A stretch of 62,668 nt of DNA, the filler included, from Dirinaria sp. TL-2023a (Eukaryota), in the NCBI GenBank assembly GCA_051941275.1. It is 38 parts of 38 records of this genome, joined end to end, with 100 filler letters (N's around TTAATTAATTAA, not from the genome) between each part and the next. Parts side by side here need not be neighbours in the genome. Positions count along the whole stretch, not along the records: positions 11,745 to 13,315 come from JAVEBF010002644.1; positions 13,416 to 14,982 come from JAVEBF010002645.1; positions 15,083 to 16,647 come from JAVEBF010002646.1; positions 16,748 to 18,312 come from JAVEBF010002647.1; positions 18,413 to 19,974 come from JAVEBF010002648.1; positions 20,075 to 21,636 come from JAVEBF010002649.1; positions 21,737 to 23,296 come from JAVEBF010002650.1; 31 more parts are not named here. One strand, given 5' to 3'. A program made the position numbers and the translations under genes. The notes below the pieces were generated by a model. That model was not told where the DNA came from and made no database searches. It saw only the letters and a program-made list of their open reading frames with translations. This document shows, piece after piece, positions 12,329 to 23,396 of this stretch; the first letter of the stretch is position 1; each line of letters starts with the position of its first letter.

Positions 12329-13315
12329 TCAACAAGCAAACGGCGAGCTAACCTCCCCGCTATCATACGCGTCCACGATTTGTTTGACGGTAACGTACAT
12401 GCCTGCCACACAGATAAACGCCCCGGCCGCCAACGTCAGCACATTCAGGCCCGTCATGGCCCATCTCCGTTTCCACGCTTCGAACCCGCCTTTGTAGTGA
12501 TAGGTATCATACAACCAGAACGCGCCGGCGATGCCGTAGGTGTACCAGCTCGCGAACAGACTCGCTGCAATGCCGATGAGGTAATTGAAAATGGGGACAC
12601 CGACCGCGAGCACAAACGCCGCGGCATTCATGAGGAAGACGAGCAGGATCCAAGTGCTCCAGCCAAGAACCGTGTGCTCGTGCAGGTGTTTTGATTTGCG
12701 GAAAAACCGGACGAAGAGCAATTTGGCGGCCGTGTGGCTGTATAAGCTGCCCGCGATCAGGAAATTGGGTATGGCGATGCCGTAGGCCGCTTTGGCCCAT
12801 TTTGTCGGCAGGCTGGTGAACGACGGGGACGCGACGTCCGAGCCCAGGTAGACGTACGTGACGACTGCGAAAAGGACGTAGAAGATTGTAGCGAAGATCT
12901 GGAGTGTATAGGCTGCGCGCATGGCGTGGTGAGGGTGCCGCATCTCGGAGATGAGGATGAAGAACATGAAATGGCCGGCGTAGGCGAACACGGGATTGGT
13001 GACGCTGATGAAAGCGGTGACAAAGTCTGTTGACGAGGCTACGCTGATACTCCGCCCAGCGGTAGGATACAGACCAGCGCCGATCATACCCACGATGCCG
13101 GCAACGATGATTGAGAGGACGGAGGGAACGGAGAGCCAGGAAAGGCGGTCGAGAGTGCGAGGGAGGGCACATATAAGGGTCGGGATGGCGAAAATGCCGG
13201 TGTATAGCATCAAGCAGAGTTTATTGGAGGAGAGCGTACCAAGAGCGATTTGCCCGGCGAGCAGCTGTCCACCAGTAGCGAAAACGGCGAACACGATCGT
13301 GCCAAAGGAAAGAAC
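12329..13315 (-). CDS. Neutral amino-acid permease (AAAP family, Mtr-like), 5'-partial
   Basis: Multiple TM helices; NPVFAYAGHFMFFILISEMRHP motif. Confidence 0.9.
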   Translation of the reverse strand, partial: VLSFGTIVFAVFATGGQLLAGQIALGTLSSNKLCLMLYTGIFAIPTLICALPRTLDRLSWLSVPSVLSIIVAGIVGMIGAGLYPTAGRSISVASSTDFVTAFISVTNPVFAYAGHFMFFILISEMRHPHHAMRAAYTLQIFATIFYVLFAVVTYVYLGSDVASPSFTSLPTKWAKAAYGIAIPNFLIAGSLYSHTAAKLLFVRFFRKSKHLHEHTVLGWSTWILLVFLMNAAAFVLAVGVPIFNYLIGIAASLFASWYTYGIAGAFWLYDTYHYKGGFEAWKRRWAMTGLNVLTLAAGAFICVAGMYVTVKQIVDAYDSGEVSSPFAC

Positions 13316-13415
13316 NNNNNNNNNNNNNNNNNNNNNNNNNNNNNNNNNNNNNNNNNNNNTTAATTAATTAANNNNNNNNNNNNNNNNNNNNNNNNNNNNN
13401 NNNNNNNNNNNNNNN

Positions 13416-14210
13416 CCCTTGTGGCAGCGCATTGCTTTCAATGGACTGCAACAGTTTCGAGTCCGTCTTGTTGCAGATCGACTTGGCATTTGGTTGCTGC
13501 GAACTCTGAGGTGTAAGCTGGGAGAAAGAGGCAGATTGAGAAAGGTCGAAATAATACCGGCCGGTAAGTCATCAATGACAGAGTAGATCCTCCTGTGCAG
13601 ACTCGGCATCTAAACATCGTATACATTCTTAGTGAATTTGTATGCGGTTCATTTTCTCCTTACCATCTAACGCTGTGAAGCTAAATTCGTGGATCGGATG
13701 GCGATAGAAAGTAGTCTTGTCTCCTTTAATCACAGGTTAATGGCCGTAGATTCTCACGGACCTGTGATCGTGCGAGATGAAAGAGGCGAGGGTCTTCCGG
13801 TCCAGCTCTTTCTCGCGCTTCACTGACCGGAAAAGTCCGGCAAGGGCTCTGACGGCGACGGTCATGCTGTGGACGTTCTGGCGATTGGTAACATCGAGAG
13901 CGGCAGCACCGCATTTGACCTCAGCGAGGAAGGGAAAGTACATCCGATAATTTGCAACGAACGAGGAGGTTTCGAGGACGCTGTCAATGAGCGGATCGAG
14001 CTTTCTGAGTTCGTCGTTAAACGCGGACCGCTTGAACCCGACAGAGTGCAGAATTGGAATCGTGATGCCTGGTTAAATGGATTTTCATCTACAGAATCTG
14101 CATATTATGCAGTAACCCTTTTGCCCGTAAAGTAGCGCGAAGAAGGTATGCTGTGCTGTACAAGTTGATCTGCGCCGGCAAGTCCGTAGAAGTATTCCGC
14201 AAATCATGGA
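13416..14210 (-). pseudogene. Degenerate fungal conserved-domain gene (FPFL-EVK...RQNxHS, nuclease-like fold by recall)
   Basis: YFPFLAEVKCGAAALDVTNRQNVHSMTVAVRAL...SHDHRSVRIYGH followed by a stop; flanking parts frameshifted. Confidence 0.6.
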
Positions 14211-14332
14211 TGATCGCCTCTTCTACTAATATCTAATAATTTTAGGTGCGAATTTTCCGCGCCGAGATACTTCCACACCAACCCTTCCCATCTCAATTTA
14301 CTCTTTGATTCCAAACCAGAGATGTTTCAAGC

Positions 14333-14812
14333 TCACTCACAAGCTGAAATACCCAGATTTTGAAAGGTATCCAACAGGCCATCGGAGATGTCGTTATCTC
14401 TACGGATAGTCTGATCCATTTGTGTCCCTTCTTTCATGTCAGCCAGAATAGTCTCAAGGCCTGTCAATAGCTTTTCGAATGCAATTTTCAAGTCTGGAAT
14501 GTGGACTTTCCACTCGTCATGTCCATCCGGCAAGAATGACGAGTTAACCTCTTTCATGAAAATCTCAAACAACTCAACAATCTCGTGTTTTGATTGGCCG
14601 CTCGCTGTTAGCTCTGGTATATTTATTGCAACCTCTATGCCATCATCCTTGATATATCCTCGCGCATCTGCCGAATGATTTTGAAGACCCTTGATACAGC
14701 GCTGGAGCAGCCAGCGAGATTGTTTCCCGACAGCACAGACCAAGGATTCCAACTTAGGGATTGAGCGTAGGTCTTTGTCAGGGATATTGGAACGATCTTC
14801 GGAAATAGACAC
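14333..14812 (-). CDS. Hypothetical ORF, function unknown
   Basis: 159-codon ORF with protein-like composition; no motif recognised. Confidence 0.35.
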   Translation of the reverse strand: MSISEDRSNIPDKDLRSIPKLESLVCAVGKQSRWLLQRCIKGLQNHSADARGYIKDDGIEVAINIPELTASGQSKHEIVELFEIFMKEVNSSFLPDGHDEWKVHIPDLKIAFEKLLTGLETILADMKEGTQMDQTIRRDNDISDGLLDTFQNLGISACE

Positions 14813-15239
14813 TATCAGTAATGCATCGCAGCAAGCTCGTTGAACCTCGTGTTCAACAACGCGTTTGTAAGAATTCCCTCTCTCGCTAGAATTGTAAAAG
14901 CCTCTTGAGCGTTTCCCGCTAATGAAATCATGGATCCTTAAAATACTAGTTTTAAATCGGCGCTCGCACCGTTGGTTGATGGNNNNNNNNNNNNNNNNNN
15001 NNNNNNNNNNNNNNNNNNNNNNNNNNTTAATTAATTAANNNNNNNNNNNNNNNNNNNNNNNNNNNNNNNNNNNNNNNNNNNNGTTGTTGAGGAAATCATC
15101 TTTGGATATTTCCGGGGAGGCACATGGACTACCGCCACTCAGAGCTTCCTCCTGAGACAAGACTACTGCTCAACCCCCCACTAGCCACTGGATTTCCCTC
15201 GACTCTACTTGATAAGCCCGTAAGATGATTTGTGGTGGA

Positions 15240-16175
15240 TGTCTCCGTTTCCTTTTCGGTCTTCGATCTTTTGAATCAAGAAGACTTTTCGATCGCCTTT
15301 TTCTGAATTCTTCAAAAGTTTTTCCTCAATGTGATCAGTCTTTCATCAAACTCATTCATTGTCTCCGTGACTTGTTTTTTCAAAAGCACGTTCTCATTTC
15401 TGTAATCTGAGCATGCATTCTCGTCTGTCAAATCGTGAAATGTGACATTTTTTCAGAATTTAGTTCAATCTTAAATCTCTCTGAGAGCATTTTCATGACT
15501 CGATTGAATGTTCTGAACAACGAGGTAAAACGAGTTTCTAAATTTATGTGCTATCAGCGGTTTGAACAATGTGATGCTCGCAAATCGATCGAAGATGCGT
15601 ATCGTCAATACAGTATCTCATTTATTGATTTTGTGCAATAGAATCATCATCGAGTCTCTCACTCTTACATGTCGTAACTCAATCAATAACTGATTACATG
15701 TTAGTCGTCTGATTTTATTTCGTTGTCGAGACTTCATCATATTATGAGAATGATTTCGAAACATTTGATCGTCGCAGAACACAAGATCGAATCTTTTTCT
15801 CGATCAAATCTCATCTTTTTAAAAATCTTCAAAATTCGAATGTCGTTTCGAGATATTGATATCATCGATACTCATGTCTTTCACAAGCGACGTAAGACTC
15901 TTTTGTCAAACTCGTATAGACGCATCTCTGAAATCGTTTCGCATAAACGATTTATGATCTTCATGTTTCTCGAGTAAAATGATTTCTGACACAGATGTCT
16001 GAGAATTAAATTTCAGTGCTGAGACGCTGTACTCATCAGATGTCATGTAAAGATCGAGAATATTTTTAGTGTAAACGAGACTCATCGTATCTGTGATCTC
16101 GTGCAGTTCATTTTCGATTCGTTGCATAAAATTGGAAAATCTCAGTGAAGTTCTATTATCTGCGTTATCTGTCGT
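15240..16175. repeat. Heavily hypermutated repeat remnant of unknown class
   Basis: Near absence of CC/GG, excess TCG/CGA; flanked by LTR-like DNA. Confidence 0.55.
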
Positions 16176-16304
16176 TGTCAAAGACCCAACCTTGGTTAGA
16201 TAGGTTTCCCAATGGTAAAAGTCCCGGCAGCGCCAAAAGACTCACTAAACCAAGTCAAAGGACTTGGTGTCTATCTTACTACTTAGGTCTTCCAGGGTCG
16301 TAAC

Positions 16305-16599
16305 AGAGTCAGCGTCGAAAGATTGAATCTCGAGACTAATTAGAAGTCAGTGAGCGATTGACGCTTATAGAGTATTGTGTCTACGAGCGCTCGTGATCCG
16401 TCAGCGCGGAGCTCGTCATGATGAGACAATGTTGACGCTCGCGATTAAGTATAGAGGATCACTCACTTTTTCGAAGAAAAGTCCATAGTGATTAGTTCTA
16501 GCAGAAACTACAGTATGAGGTAGCTATATAATCTATTACACTGTCACGTCTTTCACATAAATACTGCGTCGACGGATAATCGACGCATACGATCTTATA
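16305..16599 (+). repeat. LTR family A, heavily mutated copy, followed by the same internal leader as position 68 onward
   Basis: Colinear with 57874-58145 and 1-67; 16305-16330 matches 62645-62668. Confidence 0.9.
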
Positions 16600-16753
16600 G
16601 TTCTAATCACTCCAATCTTTTTAAGGAAAAGACTCGAAATGTAATAGNNNNNNNNNNNNNNNNNNNNNNNNNNNNNNNNNNNNNNNNNNNNTTAATTAAT
16701 TAANNNNNNNNNNNNNNNNNNNNNNNNNNNNNNNNNNNNNNNNNNNNGGTTGG

Positions 16754-16784
<31 letters not shown>

Positions 16785-17283
16785 GGTGTGCGTGGGGGGG
16801 AAGGGAGGTGGAGGTAGGATAATAATCGGGCCTTCTGGAACTGCTTAAGTATTATTGATTGTGAGATGAAAATAAGGAGTGTATCAGCAGTGGTTTAAGA
16901 TGTGTGGATTTTCTGGGTTAGGCTTGGCTATCTAAGGTATCTGATTTGTAGTAGTGTAGATTATCTATCTCATCATAAAGTTTGGCAGAGATAGGGGCTA
17001 CAAATCGCTCCAGTCACATCTTTCAACCCTGGTTTTTTTTCTCCCCCTCCTTGCTCAACTCCCCTCGCTCTCCACCTCAATCCTCCATAGATTACAACTC
17101 GGCAACTACACCTCTCTCTATCAAAACCAAGCAAAGCGAACACGCACGCGTCATCTATCCAGATGCGCTGCTGCCGTCAGGAACGAAACAGAAAAAATTG
17201 GGGCGAATGTACAACAAAAACCGGCCGTCTAGGATGCAATAATAACCCATTGCGCGTCAAGAACTCGAATCTCCGAACCGAAC

Positions 17284-18078
17284 CTACAGGAGGTAAGCGG
17301 CGAGACCGAGGAGACCTGCAAGGCTGGCACCGGATGCGGCCATCTTGTTGGCAGCACCGGTGAAGACGGGGAGTTTGCTGGTGGTGGCCGAGGGAGCACT
17401 GCTGCCGGTGCCTACGGGGGGCACAACGCCAGTGGGCAACGGCACGGTGCTGTTGACGTACACAGGGCTGCTGATTGGCGATGGGACGGGCACAACGCTG
17501 GCCGGGGGCGCGGGGGCCGCGCTGGTTACCGGGATGACAGGCGCTGGCACGGAGGTGCTCTCGGGAATAACAGGTGCTGCTGGAGTTGTCTCCGGCACAA
17601 CGGGGGCGGGAGTGCTCTCGGAGACGGGAGCAGCCGGGGTGGTCTCCACGGGCGCAGCAGGAGTAGTGGATTCGCTATATTGTCTTGTTAGCGGCGGGTA
17701 CATAAGGCTGTGTTTAAAGCCAGTGAGGGTACCAGGTGGGACAGTACACGACAGGGTAGGTTGTCACTGGGTGAGTAACCGTGCAGCCAGTGGGGCAGGG
17801 CAGCGTGATCGTGGTGGCCTGCGCGTGGACTTCGTTAGCTTCGCTGCTTTCTTTGATTGGGTTTGACAGTATATGAAGCAGAGGCATGATATTCGCCTCT
17901 TGTGGGAGCGACAACATACCGAGGTGATGGTGTAGGTCTTGCTGTTGTGCACCAACGACGTGGCTCCCGGGCAGTAGGTGGTGTAGGCGGTCACAACCTC
18001 AGTAGTGTAGCTGACGGTCCCATTCCAGGCATTCGCACCAGCCACGAGGGCGACGGCGACGGCGGCGGAGGAACGCAT
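17284..18078 (-). CDS. GPI-anchored Ser/Thr/Pro-rich cell-wall protein, ccg-6/MMC-like; introns 17919-17819 and 17732-17675
   Basis: Signal peptide, YTTEVVTAYTTYCP motif, CPTGCT, ETTPAAPV repeats, FTGAANK...LAAYLL GPI signal; canonical splice sites restore the frame. Confidence 0.9.
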
Positions 18079-20074
18079 TTTTGACTGATTTTTTTTTTTT
18101 TTTTTGAGGGGATTTGCTGGTTGTTGTTTTACGAGGGATTGGAATGTGTGTGGGTTGGTGGGAGAGAAAGGAGCGGATTAGATATTAAAGAGCGTAGAAA
18201 TTTTATTGGTTAGTGATAAAAACGAGTGTAATCGGTAATAACCGGTGGGCAAGTGTGCGAAACAGAAGCTTTGGATGGGGGAAAGAAAAGAGAGAGAGAG
18301 AAGGAGAAAAAGNNNNNNNNNNNNNNNNNNNNNNNNNNNNNNNNNNNNNNNNNNNNTTAATTAATTAANNNNNNNNNNNNNNNNNNNNNNNNNNNNNNNN
18401 NNNNNNNNNNNNCTCGTTCCGGGTAAGGTTCATGCATTTACTGACACAGTACGAACTTGGATATATAACTTGTACGTGAATCCATCTCATTCCGATCAGC
18501 TCCCATACTGTATAAATAGGATGCATTTCAAAAACAAAAAGAAAGTTGACAGACAAGACTTCATGAAATTATGGTTTCAGAGGAATTTACGTACTGAATG
18601 TATACAAGCGTTGATGTTTTCCAAGCTACCAATCCCGACTCATAGTCGTAATAGAAGGTTTGAAGCTTATTGTAGAGCTTAGAGAAGAGATATATCTGCC
18701 GCTTAAGGTCTGGTGTCAGGAGCTAGACCGATTTGTAGCTCTGTAGACTATAGAATAGGTTCGTGTGTCTAATTTTATCACGTCGGTGAGGAAAGGACGG
18801 TCATTGTCAGCAGATTCTCTGTCTAAGCATATCGTATTGGTGCTCAAGGACTTTGACTCACTGATGAAACGTAAACATATAGTAAAATCGAAGAGGGATG
18901 AGGTGCTGATTTCCTTCGCTTACGTCTGCATAATTCAGGAAACGACGTACAAGGATCGTATTTTCAGTTCAGTACGCCCAACATTCGTGCTTGCGTATGT
19001 CTGCTGGGTTTCATCCTAGAATTTAGAGCTGAATTTTGTGTCAAATCGATGAAATTGGGTTTTCAGGTTTTCTCTCGAGGCTTCTAGGGCGTTCTAACCA
19101 ATACGGATTGATTAATCTTATATCCGAACAAAAAGGGATTGTAAGATGCTTCGGAGATGCTTCAGACGCTTTGGATACCACGGCCATCGGAGGTCGCAAT
19201 TGAATCATACGGTCAGATGGCGTGGCTTAAATAGTGGAAAGGAATGTTTGCTCTAGGTACGGAGTACACTTGTATTACGAATTTTTCATATGTGTTCCTG
19301 GTGTTGCTGGAGATCCTGCAGTCTCTTGAAATTCTGATTGTGGTTTTGAGATTCACGATCTTTTCTAGCAGTCTCAGCATGCAATTATCTAGTAAGGATT
19401 AGTCTCTAGGATCGTGATATGGCATCTATAAGAGTCCTCGCTACGAGCTCTCAATACGTATCTTATGATGAACCACCGGGGAAATCCTGGTGGTATCAAG
19501 CCTTTCCTCATCGCCATCTGAAAGCTACTTTGATCCACTCTCCTTTCATCTCTTCACTACTCTAGATATCTGTAGAGCAGAGAGAGGTAGGTATGTGGCA
19601 TTGTTTAGTATTAAGATCGCTTAGCTAGATCACTCAGCGCCGATGTGGTACCAAGCATCAAATGGTCAAAGTACACTTCTGGGTATATTTGCGGATCTGC
19701 CGCTTAGGTGATTCAGATGCATCCCTCTCGACCGTAGGGCTCGGGATCGTAATGGGATGGAGTGCGTGGATTGCTGTACAGGAATTGGCTGTGTTTAAAT
19801 TAGATGGTTCTCCAGCTGAATGTGAGGAAGGAGAGCGGTCCGAGGAAATAAGTGATGTAGTCGATTACTCGGTTCAAGGCGGTATGGTACGTAGGGTGAT
19901 GAGTACAATAGTATGTATGATTACCTATAGCTAGGATTTTCGTTCGTTCGGCCATGCTATTTCTTCGCTGAGAANNNNNNNNNNNNNNNNNNNNNNNNNN
20001 NNNNNNNNNNNNNNNNNNTTAATTAATTAANNNNNNNNNNNNNNNNNNNNNNNNNNNNNNNNNNNNNNNNNNNN

Positions 20075-20247
20075 AGGACCCTGGAGGACCCTGATATTTG
20101 TTTACCCGCATACCCGACCCCCTATTTGTTGCTTGCACCTTCTGTATCTATACTTCTTCTTCTTCTGGTCCTTCCTTTTCTTCCTTATAGATAGTGTCCT
20201 AGTCTATTCGTACCCATATGTCATTGAGCGCTGTGCAGGCCCTGACA
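20075..20247 (-). repeat. LTR family C, partial
   Basis: Reverse complement of the LTR at 31914 and 61931; ends CCTGACA. Confidence 0.85.
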
Positions 20248-20984
20248 ATCTGTTATTGTTTTTCAATCAGATCAAACTGTTTCGTCAGACTCTGCTGTTT
20301 GACATATGTCTCGCGCAGCTCTTGTTTCAACTTTCTTCGTTGTGTTTTCAGTCTTTTTCATTTCGTCACGTTAAGAGAAATCAGATCGCACGAGATTGTC
20401 TGACAAATACACTCGACGCATTTTTTCACATCGTCGCTCACATAGCATTGTTTCTCGAACTTTGAACAGTATCGACAAAGACGCATTACGATGACGTTAT
20501 CTTTTAAAAAATGAACGCGAGCACGACGACGAATAAAGAAAAACATAGAGATCATGTTCTCGAGACGAGAACTTGAGAGAGAGAGAATGATGTTACGAGT
20601 CAGACTGACGTGATCTTATATACGCACTCAGTCGAATCAGGAAGCATGTTAAGTCGATGTTCATAACGTCAAAACTATCGAGCAGTGACTCATGAAACTC
20701 GACATGATGAGCAGAGTGAGCAGTGACTCATGAGGCTCGACATGATGAGCATAATGAGCAGAGATGCTCAAGATGCTCAGACAATTGAGCTTTATAGTGC
20801 TCAGAGTGCTCAGATAATTGAGCATCGTAAGCATGAGAAATCTCATTGTGTATATAGATCTTCAACACGACGCTTTTCTAGCATCGTGTTCAACATCTTT
20901 GCAATAGCTATCTACTGCTCAGAGTAACTTGTACCTTGTTGTGATATTGTCATATCACCTCGAAGACACCCGCTGTTCCTTGAT
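20248..20984 (-). mobile_element. Hypermutated repeat encoding a six-Cys (Zn2Cys6-like) plus coiled-coil ORF remnant
   Basis: CRYC-x6-C-x8-CVEC-x6-C in 20358-20555; 20435-20984 recurs inverted at 47416-47967. Confidence 0.65.
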
Positions 20985-21074
20985 AGACCTCTTCAACAGA
21001 CCAAACCCTAGCACCTTTCCTGTTTAGGACCTAACCCTAGGTATTAGACCGGTAGGACGCAACAACGAACTGAT

Positions 21075-21636
21075 TCACTTCTCGAGAACTCTCAAAAAAT
21101 TCAATATGAGCGTCAACATCAAATTAAATGAAAACGAGATGAAAATCAAATTCGACATCAAAGTGTTTAAAATGCAGCTGAACTCAAAACTGCGATGAAG
21201 ATCACATCTGCGTGAGATTGAGACGAAACTCGTCGTGAGACACAAAATCACACAGATAATTATCGACTTCACATGAGATTCGACAATGACAACAAACAAA
21301 CGCATATATTTCGCAGTGTCGCGCTCAGCGATCAATCACGAAACAGTCGTCTGATACACGTCGACGAATATCAAAGATCATAGAAAAACGATCGATGCGA
21401 AACTTCGTTTTATACAAAACAGAGAGCTTCGTCAGATCACAGACGTTTATAAAACGACGTCAACAGAGACATTACAGATAAAAATCAACACGACGCTCAT
21501 CGACATTCATCTCAAAAAGCTGCTTCAGAGATCAATAATAAACATAAACGCAAAAGACTCGAGAAAAGCGATCGAAACAGCGATGACACGCATAAAACGC
21601 GACATAAACTTTAGAAGAGATCGTAAATCAAAACTC
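21075..21636 (+). mobile_element. Hypermutated LINE (Tad1-like) ORF2 fragment, RT C-terminal region
   Basis: Plus frame reads MQLNSKLR*RSHL...FT*D...RQITDVYKTTSTETL, a degenerate LD.KL.W..H / TWG / R.I.GAYKT pattern. Confidence 0.65.
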
Positions 21637-23396
21637 NNNNNNNNNNNNNNNNNNNNNNNNNNNNNNNNNNNNNNNNNNNNTTAATTAATTAANNNNNNNN
21701 NNNNNNNNNNNNNNNNNNNNNNNNNNNNNNNNNNNNGATCCCATCACACTCACAGCCTGGAAGCAGTAGTAGTAAAAAAGTAAATTACGCGACGAAAGAT
21801 CTGGAGCTCGGAATCAACGTTCAGCAGCAACTACAGTAGTACAGTAGTACTCGTACTACTGTACTGAACATTATTACACTACACTAAAATACACTACTGG
21901 TCTATATGCTAGACCCTTGTGGGTGGGTGGACCAGATGATTATCGTGACAGTTGGAGGTTTCAGATGATGATGATGCTGTCTCTCGCAATTGCCGAAGAC
22001 ATCGGAAACTCTGTCGCCAGTACCGGCAGCACAGGGCAGCAGCGCGATTCACGATACTTCCCCCCCGCACCAAAGTCGATTTGAGAAACAGATGAAGCAA
22101 CCAGGACCTGGAATCCTGGATGTGCAAACGATCTGCTGCCAGGAAGTGCGGGAAGTCCGATCCCCTTGCGCTGGGTCAGGACACAGTGCATCATCGTCAT
22201 TCATATCCAAGGGCCCCACGCTCCTACGTAACTCGTGCATAGCGCAGCGTAGCGCAGCCTGAGTGGAGAGTCGTGTGTCCGAGAATAGACTTTCTTGCGA
22301 CTTTATTTTTTCCCGTTGACGGTGCAGAACGTCCCCTGAGTGAACCATTGGTAGTACTGTCCGCCGGTTGGGCTGTTCCTGACCATCTATGCATGGATGG
22401 ATCGGATTGTCTGGAGACGAGAGCCACCAAATGCATGTAGATGTGCAGAGTTTCCCAGCTTCGTACTATCTCCACATTTTGAATCTCACTGCATGGCCAT
22501 GTGGGCATCGCCCAGCTGAGCCAAGTCAGCAAAAGGCAAATTGACTGATACGACATCGTGGCGGAGATGACAGGCCCAAATGCCCAATCCCAATCCCACA
22601 GCCAGCATGCCTGTTCTTTTAAAAATAACCCACCCTTCAGCGAGAGGGAGATCTTCCGCGGCGACAAAAAGCTAAATCCCCATGTGCTTGCAAAAAAGGC
22701 CAGGTCCAGGGCACCAGCGTAGCCTCCCCGACAAGTTGCCGGCAGGGGCCGCGGTGATGGTAGCCAGTCCAATTTCACCCTAAACCTTGACTCTTCATGC
22801 AACGTGATTGTTACACGACGGCGTGGTTTGGTTGGTTCAGATGCTATTTTTCCGAAGCAGATCTGAGATCGCACAGAGCGCTAATCAGCATTCCCTTCCA
22901 TCCCTTCCATCCCCGGCCCTTTCAGGGTGGATGGTCGAATTGGTCGTCGAGATGCAGCAGCAGCATGGCCAGATGAGGAATAACGCTTGCTCGTTATTCC
23001 TTCAACGTCCGTAGCCGTCCATCGGGAAGGGGAATAGCGAGGTGCGTGGGATGGGTGGCTGCACGCCAGCCAACTCTTTTCGAGTCGCCGTTTCCAAGCT
23101 TGCGGGATTGGGATTGTCGAGTGGGAGGTTCACCTTCTCTCTTCGCTCGGCTCTTGGGGGTGCCCTGCTGCCCTGCTGCCCTGCAAAGGCCTGCAATGCT
23201 CTGCACGCTTTATCTTAACAGTCCCATGGGACCCAGCATATGCAGCACGATGTCGCCCGCAGCTGGAGCACTTCAGTCTCCCCCCAGGACCCCCCANNNN
23301 NNNNNNNNNNNNNNNNNNNNNNNNNNNNNNNNNNNNNNNNTTAATTAATTAANNNNNNNNNNNNNNNNNNNNNNNNNNNNNNNNNNNNNNNNNNNN

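Noticed and set aside
12380..13367. Alternative-frame and antisense ORFs over GC-rich genes (also 4523-4885, 17345-17866, 55144-55662)
   Set aside because: Shadow ORFs of real genes.
16176..16304. Short TG...CA segment between two repeats
   Set aside because: Flanks differ (no TSD) and there is no second copy, so it cannot be defined.
18413..19974. Short ORFs here and in 25055-26608, 33302-34847, 49703-51237, 52973-54506 and 59507-61037
   Set aside because: No recognisable motifs or convincing gene structure; intergenic or too decayed to call.
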